64,000 nucleotides of DNA from Escherichia coli. Its GTDB lineage: Bacteria > Pseudomonadota > Gammaproteobacteria > Enterobacterales > Enterobacteriaceae. Below are positions 47,207-56,843 of the stretch, in pieces. The notes beneath the pieces were generated by a model. That model was given only the letters and a program-made list of their open reading frames with translations, was not told where the DNA came from and searched no databases. The position numbers and the translations under genes are program-made. The DNA is taken from the NCBI RefSeq assembly GCF_048403405.1, contig NZ_CP183129.1; one strand, given 5' to 3'. Each line of letters opens with the position of its first letter. Position 1 is the first letter of the stretch.

Positions 47207-48900
47207 ATCCCCCGGTTAATCATACAGGCGGCAAATGCCCGGAAAGCGTTGCTCATGCTATTGTCGCTGGCGTCGGCACGAATATCATTGAGTTTCTGGC
47301 GCAACGTGGTCGCAAGATCAGGGTTATCGACAGCGATATCGTCAAGCAGGGCGTTACTCAGGTTGAGCTCGTTATCAAGGTCTGCAGCGGCAGCGGTAAT
47401 TTCATGATCTGCCTTTTGCGTTTCTTGATAAACCCGATCGGCTGTTTCGCTTGCTGGGCGAGCCGTTTCATCAACCTGCCGTGCCGGATTCTGTATGCGA
47501 TGGATGGCGCGTTCACGCAGTGCCGGTTTGTGCAGTTCATAGAAGGGCTCAACATCTGGGCTACGTCCTTCCATCATGTGTGCCAGCGCAGCGCGATACG
47601 CCTGCTGGTTCACGCTCCAGTCAGCATCCCTGATGGCGCTTGCGGCAGTGCGAACTGCGCCAGCGACCGGCGACATCTGCATGCCGTCCAGGATCTGCTG
47701 CGCACGCTCGGAAATGGTGACTTTCAGGTCGTCGGGGATCTCGCCGCGGGAAATCTGAGACTGGCGCCAGCGCGCCTGCTCTGCTGTCGCGTTCTGCTCC
47801 AGCGATGTGTTGATCTCCTGATTGCGTGCAGCGATGGCGTCTTTCTCGGCCTGAATCTCTTTCAGTGCCCTAGAGCGCGCATCCTTAAACTTCATCCGCT
47901 TCCCCTGATACTTTTTGGTGCGCTGTTGCAGCGTCGCATCAAGCGAGTCAGCATGACGTTGATTAGCCGCAAGCTCGGCACGCAGGTCGGCAACGTTACC
48001 GATCTGCCCGCTCTGTAACTCCTGCTGGCGCGCCATATAGTCAGGAACCACGTCGTCATAAGCCCGGCTGTATGCGTAGCTCTCCGCTTCACTGGAAATG
48101 GCCGCCGCCAGATCTGCGTTAGCGCCAACCTCAGGGATATTCACGCCCGCCGGAATGTTGTCAGGCGTTATCACCGGGGTTGGCTGCGCATCGCCAGAAA
48201 ACTCCGGGGACTCTCCCGTTGCAGCATCGGGAACGCGACGCGGTCGCACGATATCGGCGATAAGGCCGCCGCCGGCATGCATTAGACCGCCAGCCATCGT
48301 GTTAAAGAAAGTACTTTCCAACGCGTTGCTATAGGTGAAGTCGTCACCTTCCGCCGCCGCTGCCAGCCCGGTAAGCGGCACGGTCACCACCGCCTGCGCT
48401 GCCCCCATGCGTGCACCAGCAACAAATCGCTCGCCAAATCGGCCAAGCACAGAAGCTGCCTTTGCTTCTCCAGCGAACGGAACCAGCGCCAGCGCCACGT
48501 TACCAGGATCTGCCATTGAACCAGCTAGGCTGGCTGCGAAATTAAGCGGCGTGGCTACCCACCCGCTCGGTGCCGACATCGCAATCTGCTGGCGTGCCAG
48601 AGAATCTTTGCGTTCGGCAATAACATGATCGAGAAAAGCCTGCGTAACGCCAGAATCTGGCACGTTTATGCTCTTTACGCCGTACTGCTTCAGGAGCTCA
48701 TCTGCGTCCTGCTTACTGATAACTGTAGAGTTTGGGTCATTCGCCAGCGAGTCGGCCTGCGCAAAGCGGTAGCCGGACATGACCGGCCCCTCTTCAAATC
48801 CCTGCTTAAGGGAAGAAAGCAGCGATTCGCCAAGCCCTGCTGGCGCGTTGCCAATTGGCTGGTTAATGCCCTGTCCCGGATCATCTGTGTAAATTGGCAT
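47203..48900 (-). CDS. Large Ala/Gly-rich protein of unknown function (565 aa), second gene of cargo operon
   Basis: Translationally coupled on both sides; contains hydrophobic Gly/Ala-rich segments. Confidence 0.75.
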   Translation of the reverse strand: MPIYTDDPGQGINQPIGNAPAGLGESLLSSLKQGFEEGPVMSGYRFAQADSLANDPNSTVISKQDADELLKQYGVKSINVPDSGVTQAFLDHVIAERKDSLARQQIAMSAPSGWVATPLNFAASLAGSMADPGNVALALVPFAGEAKAASVLGRFGERFVAGARMGAAQAVVTVPLTGLAAAAEGDDFTYSNALESTFFNTMAGGLMHAGGGLIADIVRPRRVPDAATGESPEFSGDAQPTPVITPDNIPAGVNIPEVGANADLAAAISSEAESYAYSRAYDDVVPDYMARQQELQSGQIGNVADLRAELAANQRHADSLDATLQQRTKKYQGKRMKFKDARSRALKEIQAEKDAIAARNQEINTSLEQNATAEQARWRQSQISRGEIPDDLKVTISERAQQILDGMQMSPVAGAVRTAASAIRDADWSVNQQAYRAALAHMMEGRSPDVEPFYELHKPALRERAIHRIQNPARQVDETARPASETADRVYQETQKADHEITAAAADLDNELNLSNALLDDIAVDNPDLATTLRQKLNDIRADASDNSMSNAFRAFAACMINRGM

Positions 48901-48901
48901 G

Positions 48902-51523
48902 TTATCGTCCTGATTGCTGGCCGTTCTGGAAAATGTTAATCAGGTTGTCGCGCTGACTTTCTGCGCTGTATTCCTTAGACTGTCCGGGAGTATATTTCAC
49001 CGGAGTATCAATGAACTTGGTAATGCTGTTCCATACTGATCGGTTGGTTGTTCCCAGTTTCGCCAGATCGTTGAACGGCACCGTAATCGGGTTGCCGTCG
49101 GCACCGTTGACGATCAGCCCGTTGAGCATCAGGGTAAGTCCTGTTTCGTCGCTGTTGGTAACCCACTGCGCATTATCACGAATGCGGGAGATACTCTGCT
49201 CACGGTTGACCTCATCAGGTAGCCTTGGGTCACCAATAAGCGGCATAATCTGATCTGCTGACAGGTTTTTCAGATACGCATTGGCACCATCGTTAACGTC
49301 ACGAATATCTATCCCTGCACGCTTAGGTAGCCGCCAAGTGCCATTGGTCTGATACTGCTCGCCGAGGATGTCCTGATACGCCTGTTTTGCTGCATCAGAC
49401 GCCGACATTCCGCGCTGCATGTTGATGTAAGTAAGTCGTTTTCCCTGCTCGTTGAAGTTATTCCACACGGCAGTGCCACCAGGCTGAACAACCATCGTGC
49501 CAGCAAAATCTTTCGATTGGTCATTCCATGACGAGTCGGCGCTATCCGCGTCGGTTTTCTCAAGACTGCCGCGTAAGTCAGCAGTTTTAACGCTACGGTT
49601 TTGCCAGAGCGCATTTGCCGCGCGCGGGTTCTCGGTAGCCATGACAACCTGCAACGCAGGATAAGCGCTCTTCTGAACCTGCTGCATCACCTGATCCGAG
49701 TATTTTCCGAACGACTGCGCCACCGACTGAATGGCCTTTACGCTAGATTCCTGCGTGTTGTCAATACGCTGCAGTACGTCGTTGACCATGGACTCCGGTA
49801 AAACTTTTTTGCTCATTATCCCCAGGCGGTCTTTTTCAGACTGTATGCGGGAAACTAGGTATTCACCAGATGAAGGGTCATTGAGGTACTGCTGGAATGC
49901 AGCCTGCACAACCGGAGAGTTTTGTTGCAGCCATGCCCCCGGATCCGCTTCCCGCGCCTTCAGTACCTGCCCAAGCTTGACCTTTGCCGATGCATAAAGC
50001 TCGGCTTTGTATTTAAAGTCAGGGTCGTTTTCCTGCGGTGCCATTGCCTGCACGGCGGCGGTACCCTGCTGGACGTTGCCCTGCATGATGGTCTGATAAA
50101 CAGGTTGTAGCGTCATTGCCTGCTGGTATTGCTGGAAGGTTTTTTCCATCTGCAGGCGCTCGGCAGGCGCTGCCTGAAGCGGCATAACGGCGGCCCATTC
50201 GTGCGCTGAAATAGGCGTCACCTGCTTACCGGCCTCAATTTTGGATAGGTCGTCCTGCATTCGACTCTGTAGCGCAACGCGACCGGCTGAAGCCTGCATG
50301 TCGTACATGCCAGCAACCTTGCTCATCATCTGCGACTTTTTGTCCGGACTCATGGCGTTCCAGAATGGCTGTGCGATGAGGTTTTCCATCGTCGCAGATC
50401 CAGGAATAGCTCCAGCACTGCCAGTTACTTTTGCCACATAATTGCGCGTCTCGTCGTATGGGATAGCTGCGGCAAACTGGGCGTTACTGACTTCGCCTGT
50501 GCGCGGATCGCCAATCTGTTTAATCCAGCCGTCAACCTTTCCTGGGCCAGCGTTATAGGCAGCTACTGCCAGAACCGGGTTATTGTCGTATTTCTTCATC
50601 TGCGCGCCGAAATAAGCTTGCCCCAAGCGGGCATTATAGCGCGGGTCATTCAACCATTTATCTCGGTCCCACGGCACACCAGCAAGGCGGGCAGCTTCGG
50701 GGCCAGTATCTTCCGTCACCTGCGCTACGCCAACAGCGCCTTTTGGCGACACCAGAGGTGTTCCGTCCTTTCCGTACTGATTTCCGCCACTCTCCTGCCA
50801 GATTATTGCAGAGAATAACTGCGCCTCACTCGGTGTATCGGTTACCTCAATCTTGCCGTTCGGCCCCATCATCTGTTGATACATCGGCACATACCACGCC
50901 TCCGCCGCACCGTTCGCGGCATTCTCGCGCCACGAAACCCAGTTCTGTTCGATCTCTTCCTGACTCTGGCCGTGTGCTTCGCCGTAAGCGATGATGCTAT
51001 GATATGCCTTCAATCCTGCCTGGTTTGCCATTGTCGGGTTACGGAACTGCATCGATAGGTTTTTTAGTGTCGCATCCTGCATATCCGCCTCATACTGGCG
51101 AACCTGTCCTATTTCGTACCTCCCAGCCTGCGTAGTGAACTGAATGCGCTGCTGCTGCGCCTGCTGCATGAAAGCATTACGAGCCTGTTCATCCGGCAGC
51201 GACATAGCCAGTTGTTCGACCTGAGCATCAAACTGCTGCGTATACTCCTGACCTTTTCCAATAGCATTTTTCCCTTTCAGGTTAAGCAAACCTGTTTCAG
51301 GGTTATTCAGCAGATCGCTGCCTGTCTGACTGAGTTTAAGGGATGCCTCCTGAACCAAGGCAATATTGGCACGCTGTTTTGCCTGACCCAGAACATCAAT
51401 TGCCTCTGCTCCTGCACGAACAAAAGCATCACTAATACCTGGCTGAGAAAACGTCTGCAAGCCTGCTGACTGAACTCCACGGCTCTCAACCTGACGTCCG
51501 GATACTGTTGGTACGACTGGCAT
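48902..51523 (-). CDS. Large protein (873 aa) with an internal lytic-transglycosylase (SLT-like) motif
   Basis: GGAGG ribosome-binding site before the ATG; motif AIIWQESGGNQYG...GVAQV...AAYNAGPGKV at about aa 230-330, resembling soluble lytic transglycosylase active sites. Confidence 0.8.
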   Translation of the reverse strand: MPVVPTVSGRQVESRGVQSAGLQTFSQPGISDAFVRAGAEAIDVLGQAKQRANIALVQEASLKLSQTGSDLLNNPETGLLNLKGKNAIGKGQEYTQQFDAQVEQLAMSLPDEQARNAFMQQAQQQRIQFTTQAGRYEIGQVRQYEADMQDATLKNLSMQFRNPTMANQAGLKAYHSIIAYGEAHGQSQEEIEQNWVSWRENAANGAAEAWYVPMYQQMMGPNGKIEVTDTPSEAQLFSAIIWQESGGNQYGKDGTPLVSPKGAVGVAQVTEDTGPEAARLAGVPWDRDKWLNDPRYNARLGQAYFGAQMKKYDNNPVLAVAAYNAGPGKVDGWIKQIGDPRTGEVSNAQFAAAIPYDETRNYVAKVTGSAGAIPGSATMENLIAQPFWNAMSPDKKSQMMSKVAGMYDMQASAGRVALQSRMQDDLSKIEAGKQVTPISAHEWAAVMPLQAAPAERLQMEKTFQQYQQAMTLQPVYQTIMQGNVQQGTAAVQAMAPQENDPDFKYKAELYASAKVKLGQVLKAREADPGAWLQQNSPVVQAAFQQYLNDPSSGEYLVSRIQSEKDRLGIMSKKVLPESMVNDVLQRIDNTQESSVKAIQSVAQSFGKYSDQVMQQVQKSAYPALQVVMATENPRAANALWQNRSVKTADLRGSLEKTDADSADSSWNDQSKDFAGTMVVQPGGTAVWNNFNEQGKRLTYINMQRGMSASDAAKQAYQDILGEQYQTNGTWRLPKRAGIDIRDVNDGANAYLKNLSADQIMPLIGDPRLPDEVNREQSISRIRDNAQWVTNSDETGLTLMLNGLIVNGADGNPITVPFNDLAKLGTTNRSVWNSITKFIDTPVKYTPGQSKEYSAESQRDNLINIFQNGQQSGR

Positions 51524-51619
51524 TAGTAACCTCCTATTTTGAATCGGGAGTCAGAATTCATAAAACCTGAGTTAGATAACATTGGCGTCCCTCTGCTTTG
51601 ATGCTGTACCAGCGATTCA

Positions 51620-51826
51620 TTACTCACCCCCCGATGCAAAACCATTCTGATTAAGCCAGGCGTTTACGGCATGTCTGACAATCTGCGCCACGCCTGGTAA
51701 TGGCTGATCAGGGTGATTGTTCACATGGTCGATTCTGTACTGCTTAATGCGCATCACGGTCTGTGCATCCAGATGAACGGAACCACCTCTGACATCGCCT
51801 GTGTTCAGGTCGTTAATACAATTCAC
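51620..51826 (-). CDS. Small protein (68 aa), possible DNA-binding regulator upstream of the cargo operon
   Basis: ORF only; C-terminal helix-like AQIVRHAVNAWL; function is inferred from position. Confidence 0.4.
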   Translation of the reverse strand: MNCINDLNTGDVRGGSVHLDAQTVMRIKQYRIDHVNNHPDQPLPGVAQIVRHAVNAWLNQNGFASGGE

Positions 51827-51918
51827 AGCAATTTCCTCTTACTGACTAAACTATGCACATTATTGATCTGAAAAAGTGGTAGATAAACATATTTCTATCA
51901 CAAAAACAGATTGATTGA

Positions 51919-51942
51919 TTTCAGCCCCAAAAAAAGCCGGAT
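51919..51942 (-). terminator. Rho-independent terminator separating the replication module from the cargo operon
   Basis: Minus-strand hairpin agccgg-agcaat-ccggct followed by U7 (plus-strand A7 at 51919-51925). Confidence 0.75.
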
Positions 51943-52192
51943 TGCTCCGGCTCTGTGCTTACTTCTGGTAGTTACGCCATACTGATTTCCCGATCCCATC
52001 TATCCCCATTTCTTTTTCAGTGCGTTTAAGCGACCGTTTCAGGTCTTCTAAATTATCCGGTTGCTTCGGTGGCCTCTGTGCCTTCCTGGAACATTCCAGT
52101 CGTCGCATTGATATGTAATACCGTTCCTTATCAGTTTCCCAACTGCATTACTTCACCCCATCGCGCCGCCGCTCTTCGGTACAGGGTTTTAG

Positions 52193-52609
52193 TTAGCCTC
52201 CGACTCTTCCGTAGCGCTGTTCTGGTGGATTCACATAGCCCCTTTCTTGCAGGTATTCGCGAATATCAGACATCAGGAGACGGTTAACCGTGCTCTTGTC
52301 TTTTCTCCGGTAAAGGCGTCTGGTGATCATGAAGTAGTTAGCAATGACCTCCGGTATATCCCTGACGCTGATACATGCTGTATGCTGGTCAATAGCTTCA
52401 ATCATCTCTTCACGAGTTACAAAAGTCTGGCGTAAACGAGTGATCACACCATGTACATCTGAACGATCATTTATACGCTTATTTTGGCGCTTCGCGCTCT
52501 CGACTGTGACACTGACAATAATGTCAACTCTTTGTTTTTCCGCCATTTCATCCACAATGTGATCACCTGCACGGCGACCATGTGCGTGATCATTTCTTAC
52601 TATTTCCAT
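52193..52609 (-). CDS. Hypothetical protein (138 aa)
   Basis: ORF overlapping the FinO-like gene end by 20 nt; the true start may be the internal MAEKQ. Confidence 0.45.
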   Translation of the reverse strand: MEIVRNDHAHGRRAGDHIVDEMAEKQRVDIIVSVTVESAKRQNKRINDRSDVHGVITRLRQTFVTREEMIEAIDQHTACISVRDIPEVIANYFMITRRLYRRKDKSTVNRLLMSDIREYLQERGYVNPPEQRYGRVGG

Positions 52610-53087
52610 TCATCTCCTCCAGTAGTTTTCCTGCGTGCGTCTGTTGTAGTGGTGTTACCTCGCCGCACGGCTGGCCTTTCAGGTCGTAACGCGCGCCACC
52701 AGCTACCAGGGCGCGGTAATAGCGCGGAGTCTGCACATAACGCGCCAGCGTTGCGCGTAGTGTTCCCTGTCCGAGTGAAATACCTCTCGCGGCAATATCC
52801 TGTATCAGGTCGTCAAATATCCCCACCTTAAGCGGCTTAGGTGATTCCGGGCTGAATAATTCAGGCCATAGCTCAATAAGACGGTTAACGCGTCTGCGGT
52901 TTTTACGCTGCTGTTTGGTCATACGCCGCCGCGGTGTTGCTCCTGTGAGCTTCTGCTGTGTGTTCTGGTTATCTGGCATCACTTTATGCGCCGATGTGGT
53001 TTTATTCTGCTGCTGCGCCGCCTGTGCTGTTTTCTGCGGCGTGCCGTAAATGCCCTTCGGTTTTCTGTTTATGGTCAGCTTTGTCAT
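52590..53087 (-). CDS. ProQ/FinO-domain RNA-binding protein
   Basis: [14 protein letters not shown]...[35 protein letters not shown] aligns by eye with E. coli ProQ (PLKIGIFQDLVDRV...[35 protein letters not shown]). Confidence 0.75.
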   Translation of the reverse strand: MTKLTINRKPKGIYGTPQKTAQAAQQQNKTTSAHKVMPDNQNTQQKLTGATPRRRMTKQQRKNRRRVNRLIELWPELFSPESPKPLKVGIFDDLIQDIAARGISLGQGTLRATLARYVQTPRYYRALVAGGARYDLKGQPCGEVTPLQQTHAGKLLEEMNGNSKK

Positions 53088-53123
53088 GCCTTCCCCTGTA
53101 ATTACTCTGTTCGCTGTTGTGAA

Positions 53124-53546
53124 TTAAAACGGTATCCCGTCCCCGTACGGATCGTCGTTACCCGCCTGTTGTTTTGCCCTGTTCAGTGCGTCAGTAGCCT
53201 GCCCTTGCTGGCCTTTTTTGCCGCCCGGTCGCGCCGTTCTCGCACTGATTACGCTGTCTGCGATAACCTGCCAGCCCTGCCGCGTTTCGCCGTTCTGGCC
53301 TGTCCACTGGCTTACCTGCATGTTACCCGCCACGCTCACCAGTTCGCCTTTGTGGTGTTTTGCCAGTGCGTCGGCCTGTCTGCCAAACGCCAGGACGGAT
53401 AACCACATCGTCGCCGTTCCGTCATCTGCCTGATTGCATGGAAGGGGGACCGCCATACTCGCCATCGCCATTTGTGTGCCCTTGCTGGTGGTCTTTAACT
53501 GCGGGTCAGCCACCAGCCGCCCGTAAGCTGATATTTGCGCCGTCAT
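53124..53546 (-). CDS. ssb: Single-stranded DNA-binding protein (SSB-like)
   Basis: OB-fold-like core (YGRLVADPQL ... WLSVLAFGRQA) and the acidic C-terminal tail DDPYGDGIPF, which resembles the SSB DDDIPF tip. Confidence 0.7.
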   Translation of the reverse strand: MTAQISAYGRLVADPQLKTTSKGTQMAMASMAVPLPCNQADDGTATMWLSVLAFGRQADALAKHHKGELVSVAGNMQVSQWTGQNGETRQGWQVIADSVISARTARPGGKKGQQGQATDALNRAKQQAGNDDPYGDGIPF

Positions 53547-53609
53547 GCTGTTTGTTCTCCGGTTTTAACGTGATAGTTACGCTTGTTTACACTCTTACAG
53601 TGAAATTTT

Positions 53610-53732
53610 GCGGGTTACAATCGCACATTTGCGGGTTATAACTGCCGTTTTGCGGGTTACGTGCGGGTTATTGATTTCCTTTTTAATCATGCAGTTAATT
53701 AACTTATGCACAGGATAACCCGCATAACCCGC
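53610..53732. repeat. Iteron cluster 2: four direct GCGGGTTAY copies (53610-53671) plus two tandem inverted copies (53715-53732)
   Basis: Read directly; lies between the primase/helicase stop and the ssb start. Confidence 0.85.
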
Positions 53733-53756
53733 AACTTTTTACCTCACACAGGGAAG

Positions 53757-55883
53757 TTAATCTTCTGCTTCAGGCTGGAACATCAGCACGTAAAAAATAT
53801 GCTGCTTCCCGCCAATCCTGCCGAGCGCCTTTTTCTTGTAACGGCGGTCGCCTCCCGCTTCCAGCATTCCGGCAGCACTCAACGCGCGGGCAAAGTGAGA
53901 CGGATTAAATCCCTGTGCTATCTCACCCTCAAACACATGCGGGAACGTGTAAAAACGGAACTCGTCATCTTCGTTTCTGATACTCCCCTTTCTGTATCCG
54001 GCAAGGTCTTTAATCGGTAAATCACGCTCGTCGCTGTTTGGATAGGGAAGGTATCGACTGAACCCGAACGACGACAAAAACGCCTCAGCCTGTTCAACCA
54101 TCTGTTTAAATTCCCTGTTGCCCGTGCCGAATTCCTTCACCCAGGCATTAAAGTTATGCTGAACTGCATCACGGCACGCCTGAACATCCCAGCCTGTAAC
54201 ATGACCGGAAAGCACAAGCGCGGCCTCCAGTACGGCGAATCTTTCCCCCACACGGTGAACCTGCTCGCCGTAGCTCTCCGGTATCAGGTTGCGCCACCGC
54301 TCGCGACATGCCCTTACCGCGTCCTTTGCCTCCTGCTGGTGACCTGCCAGCCATTTAACCCACTCACGACCTGCCGCCCCGTGATTTTCTGTCCAGGCAT
54401 CTTTTAACGCGTCTGCGTGCGCCTTTCCGGTGCTGTATTCGTGAAACTGCGATGCCTTTTCCATCGGCACGTTAAGCAGACGGACAAGCTGCCCCGCTTT
54501 AATTTTTATCCCTTCCGTTTTGAGGAATGTTTCAACGTCCATTTCTCCGGTGCTGATTGCCACCGTGCGCCAGTGTTTTATCTCCCTGTTGCCGCCGTCC
54601 TTCGCCCCCTGTAATTTCCCGGAACCGTTAAACAGCGTATAGGCTGACGTGGACACCTCCCGCGCGTTTCCGGCCTGGCCTATTTCATCCAGGGGTAACA
54701 GCCCGTCATTATGTGCTTCGGCCTCGTTGGCGATACCTAACGCCGTTCCGTACCAGGTCAGCCGTTGCGCGTCCGGCTCTCCCCATAAACTTGATGCAAT
54801 GTTCTGTGTGGTGGTTTTACCTGCTGATGATTGCTCAAAAAGATGAACCCCGAAGCCGTCAGCACCCACCAGCCCGATTAATGGTGCGGATAGCGATACC
54901 GCCACACCCAGCATCATGGACGGATTACCACCAGCCAGCCGTGCCACGGTATCGCGCCAGCCCTCCGCTGTTCCCGCCACGGAATAGCCATTAACAGCGG
55001 CAGTTTTTCCGGTAAACAGGATGGGTTTCTCTGATTCACCAATGACCGAACCATCCGGCATGATGTACGCACCAAAATGCCACCCCGTTGTTGTGCTTAA
55101 CTGCCATTCCTCATGGTTTCCGCTTAACTGCATCCAGTCAGCCAGGATAGCCCTGTATTTGCCGTTGGTCGTCACGTTAAGGCCGTGGTCTTTCAGCAAC
55201 CGCCAGCCGTCACGGTCACCAATGCCTCCGCACGGGACCGCCATTGTAATGACCTCATGGTTTGCTGGTTTTTTCCAGCGCATCACGCGGTAATGCTCTT
55301 TGCCGATTGTTCCTGTTCCCAGTAGTTCAAGCGGAGAACATAACCACGTCTCAGGCCGGATAATTTCGCCTGACTGCTTGTCCACTTTGGGCGTTACCCA
55401 GAAAACACCATCGACGCGACTTTCAACACGAGGCTTTAATTCGTCATCATAATTTCCGGTGAAATTTGTCTTCGCCGGAAGGTTGATCACCAGACTGTTA
55501 CCGCGTTCCGCATCATCCTTCAGTCCAGCCATGCGCGGTGTCCAGTCCTCCGGCTGCTGATCAACAAAGCTGCGGTAGCAACGCGCCTCCTTCACACCCG
55601 CCACTGCAAGCAGTGTCGCTATCTGTGTAAGGTGCTGCTCTGATATTTCACCAGCACGATAAACGCGCACGTAATAGCGCCCTTTGTCGATGATTTGCGT
55701 GTCTGCCAGACTCGCCAGTTGTTCCGGTCCAAGAATAACTGGATGTGTATCATCTGCCGCAATATGCTTTCCGGCCCATTCGCTCCACTCTTTCGCATGT
55801 GCCCAGGCATCACTACCCGCAAAGATAATCACCTCCGTCATTTTGTCTTTCGGCTGGTGCTTTAAATTCGGTGCGCGTTTCAT
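53757..55883 (-). CDS. Phage/plasmid primase-helicase (P4 alpha-like replication protein)
   Basis: 708 aa; Walker A-like EQSSAGKTT; size and position downstream of alpA and upstream of the iterons. Confidence 0.7.
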   Translation of the reverse strand: MKRAPNLKHQPKDKMTEVIIFAGSDAWAHAKEWSEWAGKHIAADDTHPVILGPEQLASLADTQIIDKGRYYVRVYRAGEISEQHLTQIATLLAVAGVKEARCYRSFVDQQPEDWTPRMAGLKDDAERGNSLVINLPAKTNFTGNYDDELKPRVESRVDGVFWVTPKVDKQSGEIIRPETWLCSPLELLGTGTIGKEHYRVMRWKKPANHEVITMAVPCGGIGDRDGWRLLKDHGLNVTTNGKYRAILADWMQLSGNHEEWQLSTTTGWHFGAYIMPDGSVIGESEKPILFTGKTAAVNGYSVAGTAEGWRDTVARLAGGNPSMMLGVAVSLSAPLIGLVGADGFGVHLFEQSSAGKTTTQNIASSLWGEPDAQRLTWYGTALGIANEAEAHNDGLLPLDEIGQAGNAREVSTSAYTLFNGSGKLQGAKDGGNREIKHWRTVAISTGEMDVETFLKTEGIKIKAGQLVRLLNVPMEKASQFHEYSTGKAHADALKDAWTENHGAAGREWVKWLAGHQQEAKDAVRACRERWRNLIPESYGEQVHRVGERFAVLEAALVLSGHVTGWDVQACRDAVQHNFNAWVKEFGTGNREFKQMVEQAEAFLSSFGFSRYLPYPNSDERDLPIKDLAGYRKGSIRNEDDEFRFYTFPHVFEGEIAQGFNPSHFARALSAAGMLEAGGDRRYKKKALGRIGGKQHIFYVLMFQPEAED

Positions 55884-56182
55884 TTCTTGCCCCTGAATGC
55901 GTTAATCATGTTCTTTATTACCTGAATATTTGCCCGTGCTTTCTCTTTACTGGTGGGCTTACTGCGTGGTACTGCACATACCAGTGAAAAATCACGCCGG
56001 AACTGATGAACGGGCATCACACAGTCATAGTCGTACCCTGCGCGGCGGTATGTAATGTGCCGTTCATACACGGAATTAATAACCACGCTGTCACCATATT
56101 TATCCCGGAAAATATCCCCGATCCTGATTTTCGGGTGAGTCTGTCCGCTGGCATTTAAGCCAGTAAATTTAATCTTCTTCAT
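55880..56182 (-). CDS. Hypothetical protein (100 aa)
   Basis: ORF with 4-nt overlap onto the primase start. Confidence 0.5.
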   Translation of the reverse strand: MKKIKFTGLNASGQTHPKIRIGDIFRDKYGDSVVINSVYERHITYRRAGYDYDCVMPVHQFRRDFSLVCAVPRSKPTSKEKARANIQVIKNMINAFRGKK

Positions 56183-56184
56183 GT

Positions 56185-56442
56185 TTATTTCCCGGTGTGA
56201 GGTTCTTCTTTATATTTATGGGCTAACAAATCTGGTAATTGCCTGTATTTATCCTCGGCAATATATTCAGAATAATCGACAGCACTGTTCAGTATATCTA
56301 ACGCCGTTTCATGCTCCAGATTCGAAACTATAAGGAACGTTGCTACTTTTAGCATATTCGCGATATGCAAAAGAGCATCAATTTCATTTTTTGGCGCTTC
56401 ACTGAATTTTTGCTCCAGAAGAATAAATCGTTCATCACGCAT
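56185..56442 (-). CDS. Hypothetical protein (85 aa)
   Basis: ORF 2 nt upstream of the 100-aa gene. Confidence 0.5.
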   Translation of the reverse strand: MRDERFILLEQKFSEAPKNEIDALLHIANMLKVATFLIVSNLEHETALDILNSAVDYSEYIAEDKYRQLPDLLAHKYKEEPHTGK

Positions 56443-56638
56443 AGTATTCCCCCTGACGGATGCGGGCAGTAAATACCATCACGCAGCCAGCCGGGGATTG
56501 CTGACGGGCTTCCTGTTCGCTGGCGGCCTCGATGTGTATTACGCGTGGTTGTGCGGTGCTCAGGGCGATAAAACGCCAGATGTATTTATTCAGGTTGTGC
56601 GAGTCCCGCCCTTGCGGGTGTGTGGTATGATTTAACAT
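56435..56638 (-). CDS. Hypothetical small protein (67 aa)
   Basis: ATG (complement of 56636-56638) preceded by GAGG at the proper spacing. It is the 3-prime segment of an otherwise implausible 345-aa ORF in the track. Confidence 0.4.
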   Translation of the reverse strand: MLNHTTHPQGRDSHNLNKYIWRFIALSTAQPRVIHIEAASEQEARQQSPAGCVMVFTARIRQGEYYA

Positions 56639-56735
56639 AGCTACCTCGATACGCTTTCTATCGTTGGTGGTTAGACGCCCTGCATGTGTTGCGAGCACTG
56701 CGGGGCGTTGCTTAATTTGAGCAATGCAACCCAAA

Positions 56736-56771
56736 CTGTGCGCACAGATTAAAATCATGTGTGCGCACATG
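56736..56771. promoter_or_regulatory. Two GTGCGCAC-core palindromic operators 20 bp apart in a divergent promoter region
   Basis: ctgtgcgcacag (56736-56747) and catgtgtgcgcacatg (56756-56771); further copies at 56805-56816 (half site) and 57069-57081. Confidence 0.6.
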
Positions 56772-56843
56772 TCAATACTTAACTTCTCACTTTTTTTGCT
56801 GTATTGTGTGCGCCCATCAAATCCATTTAAGTGAGGTGTACCA

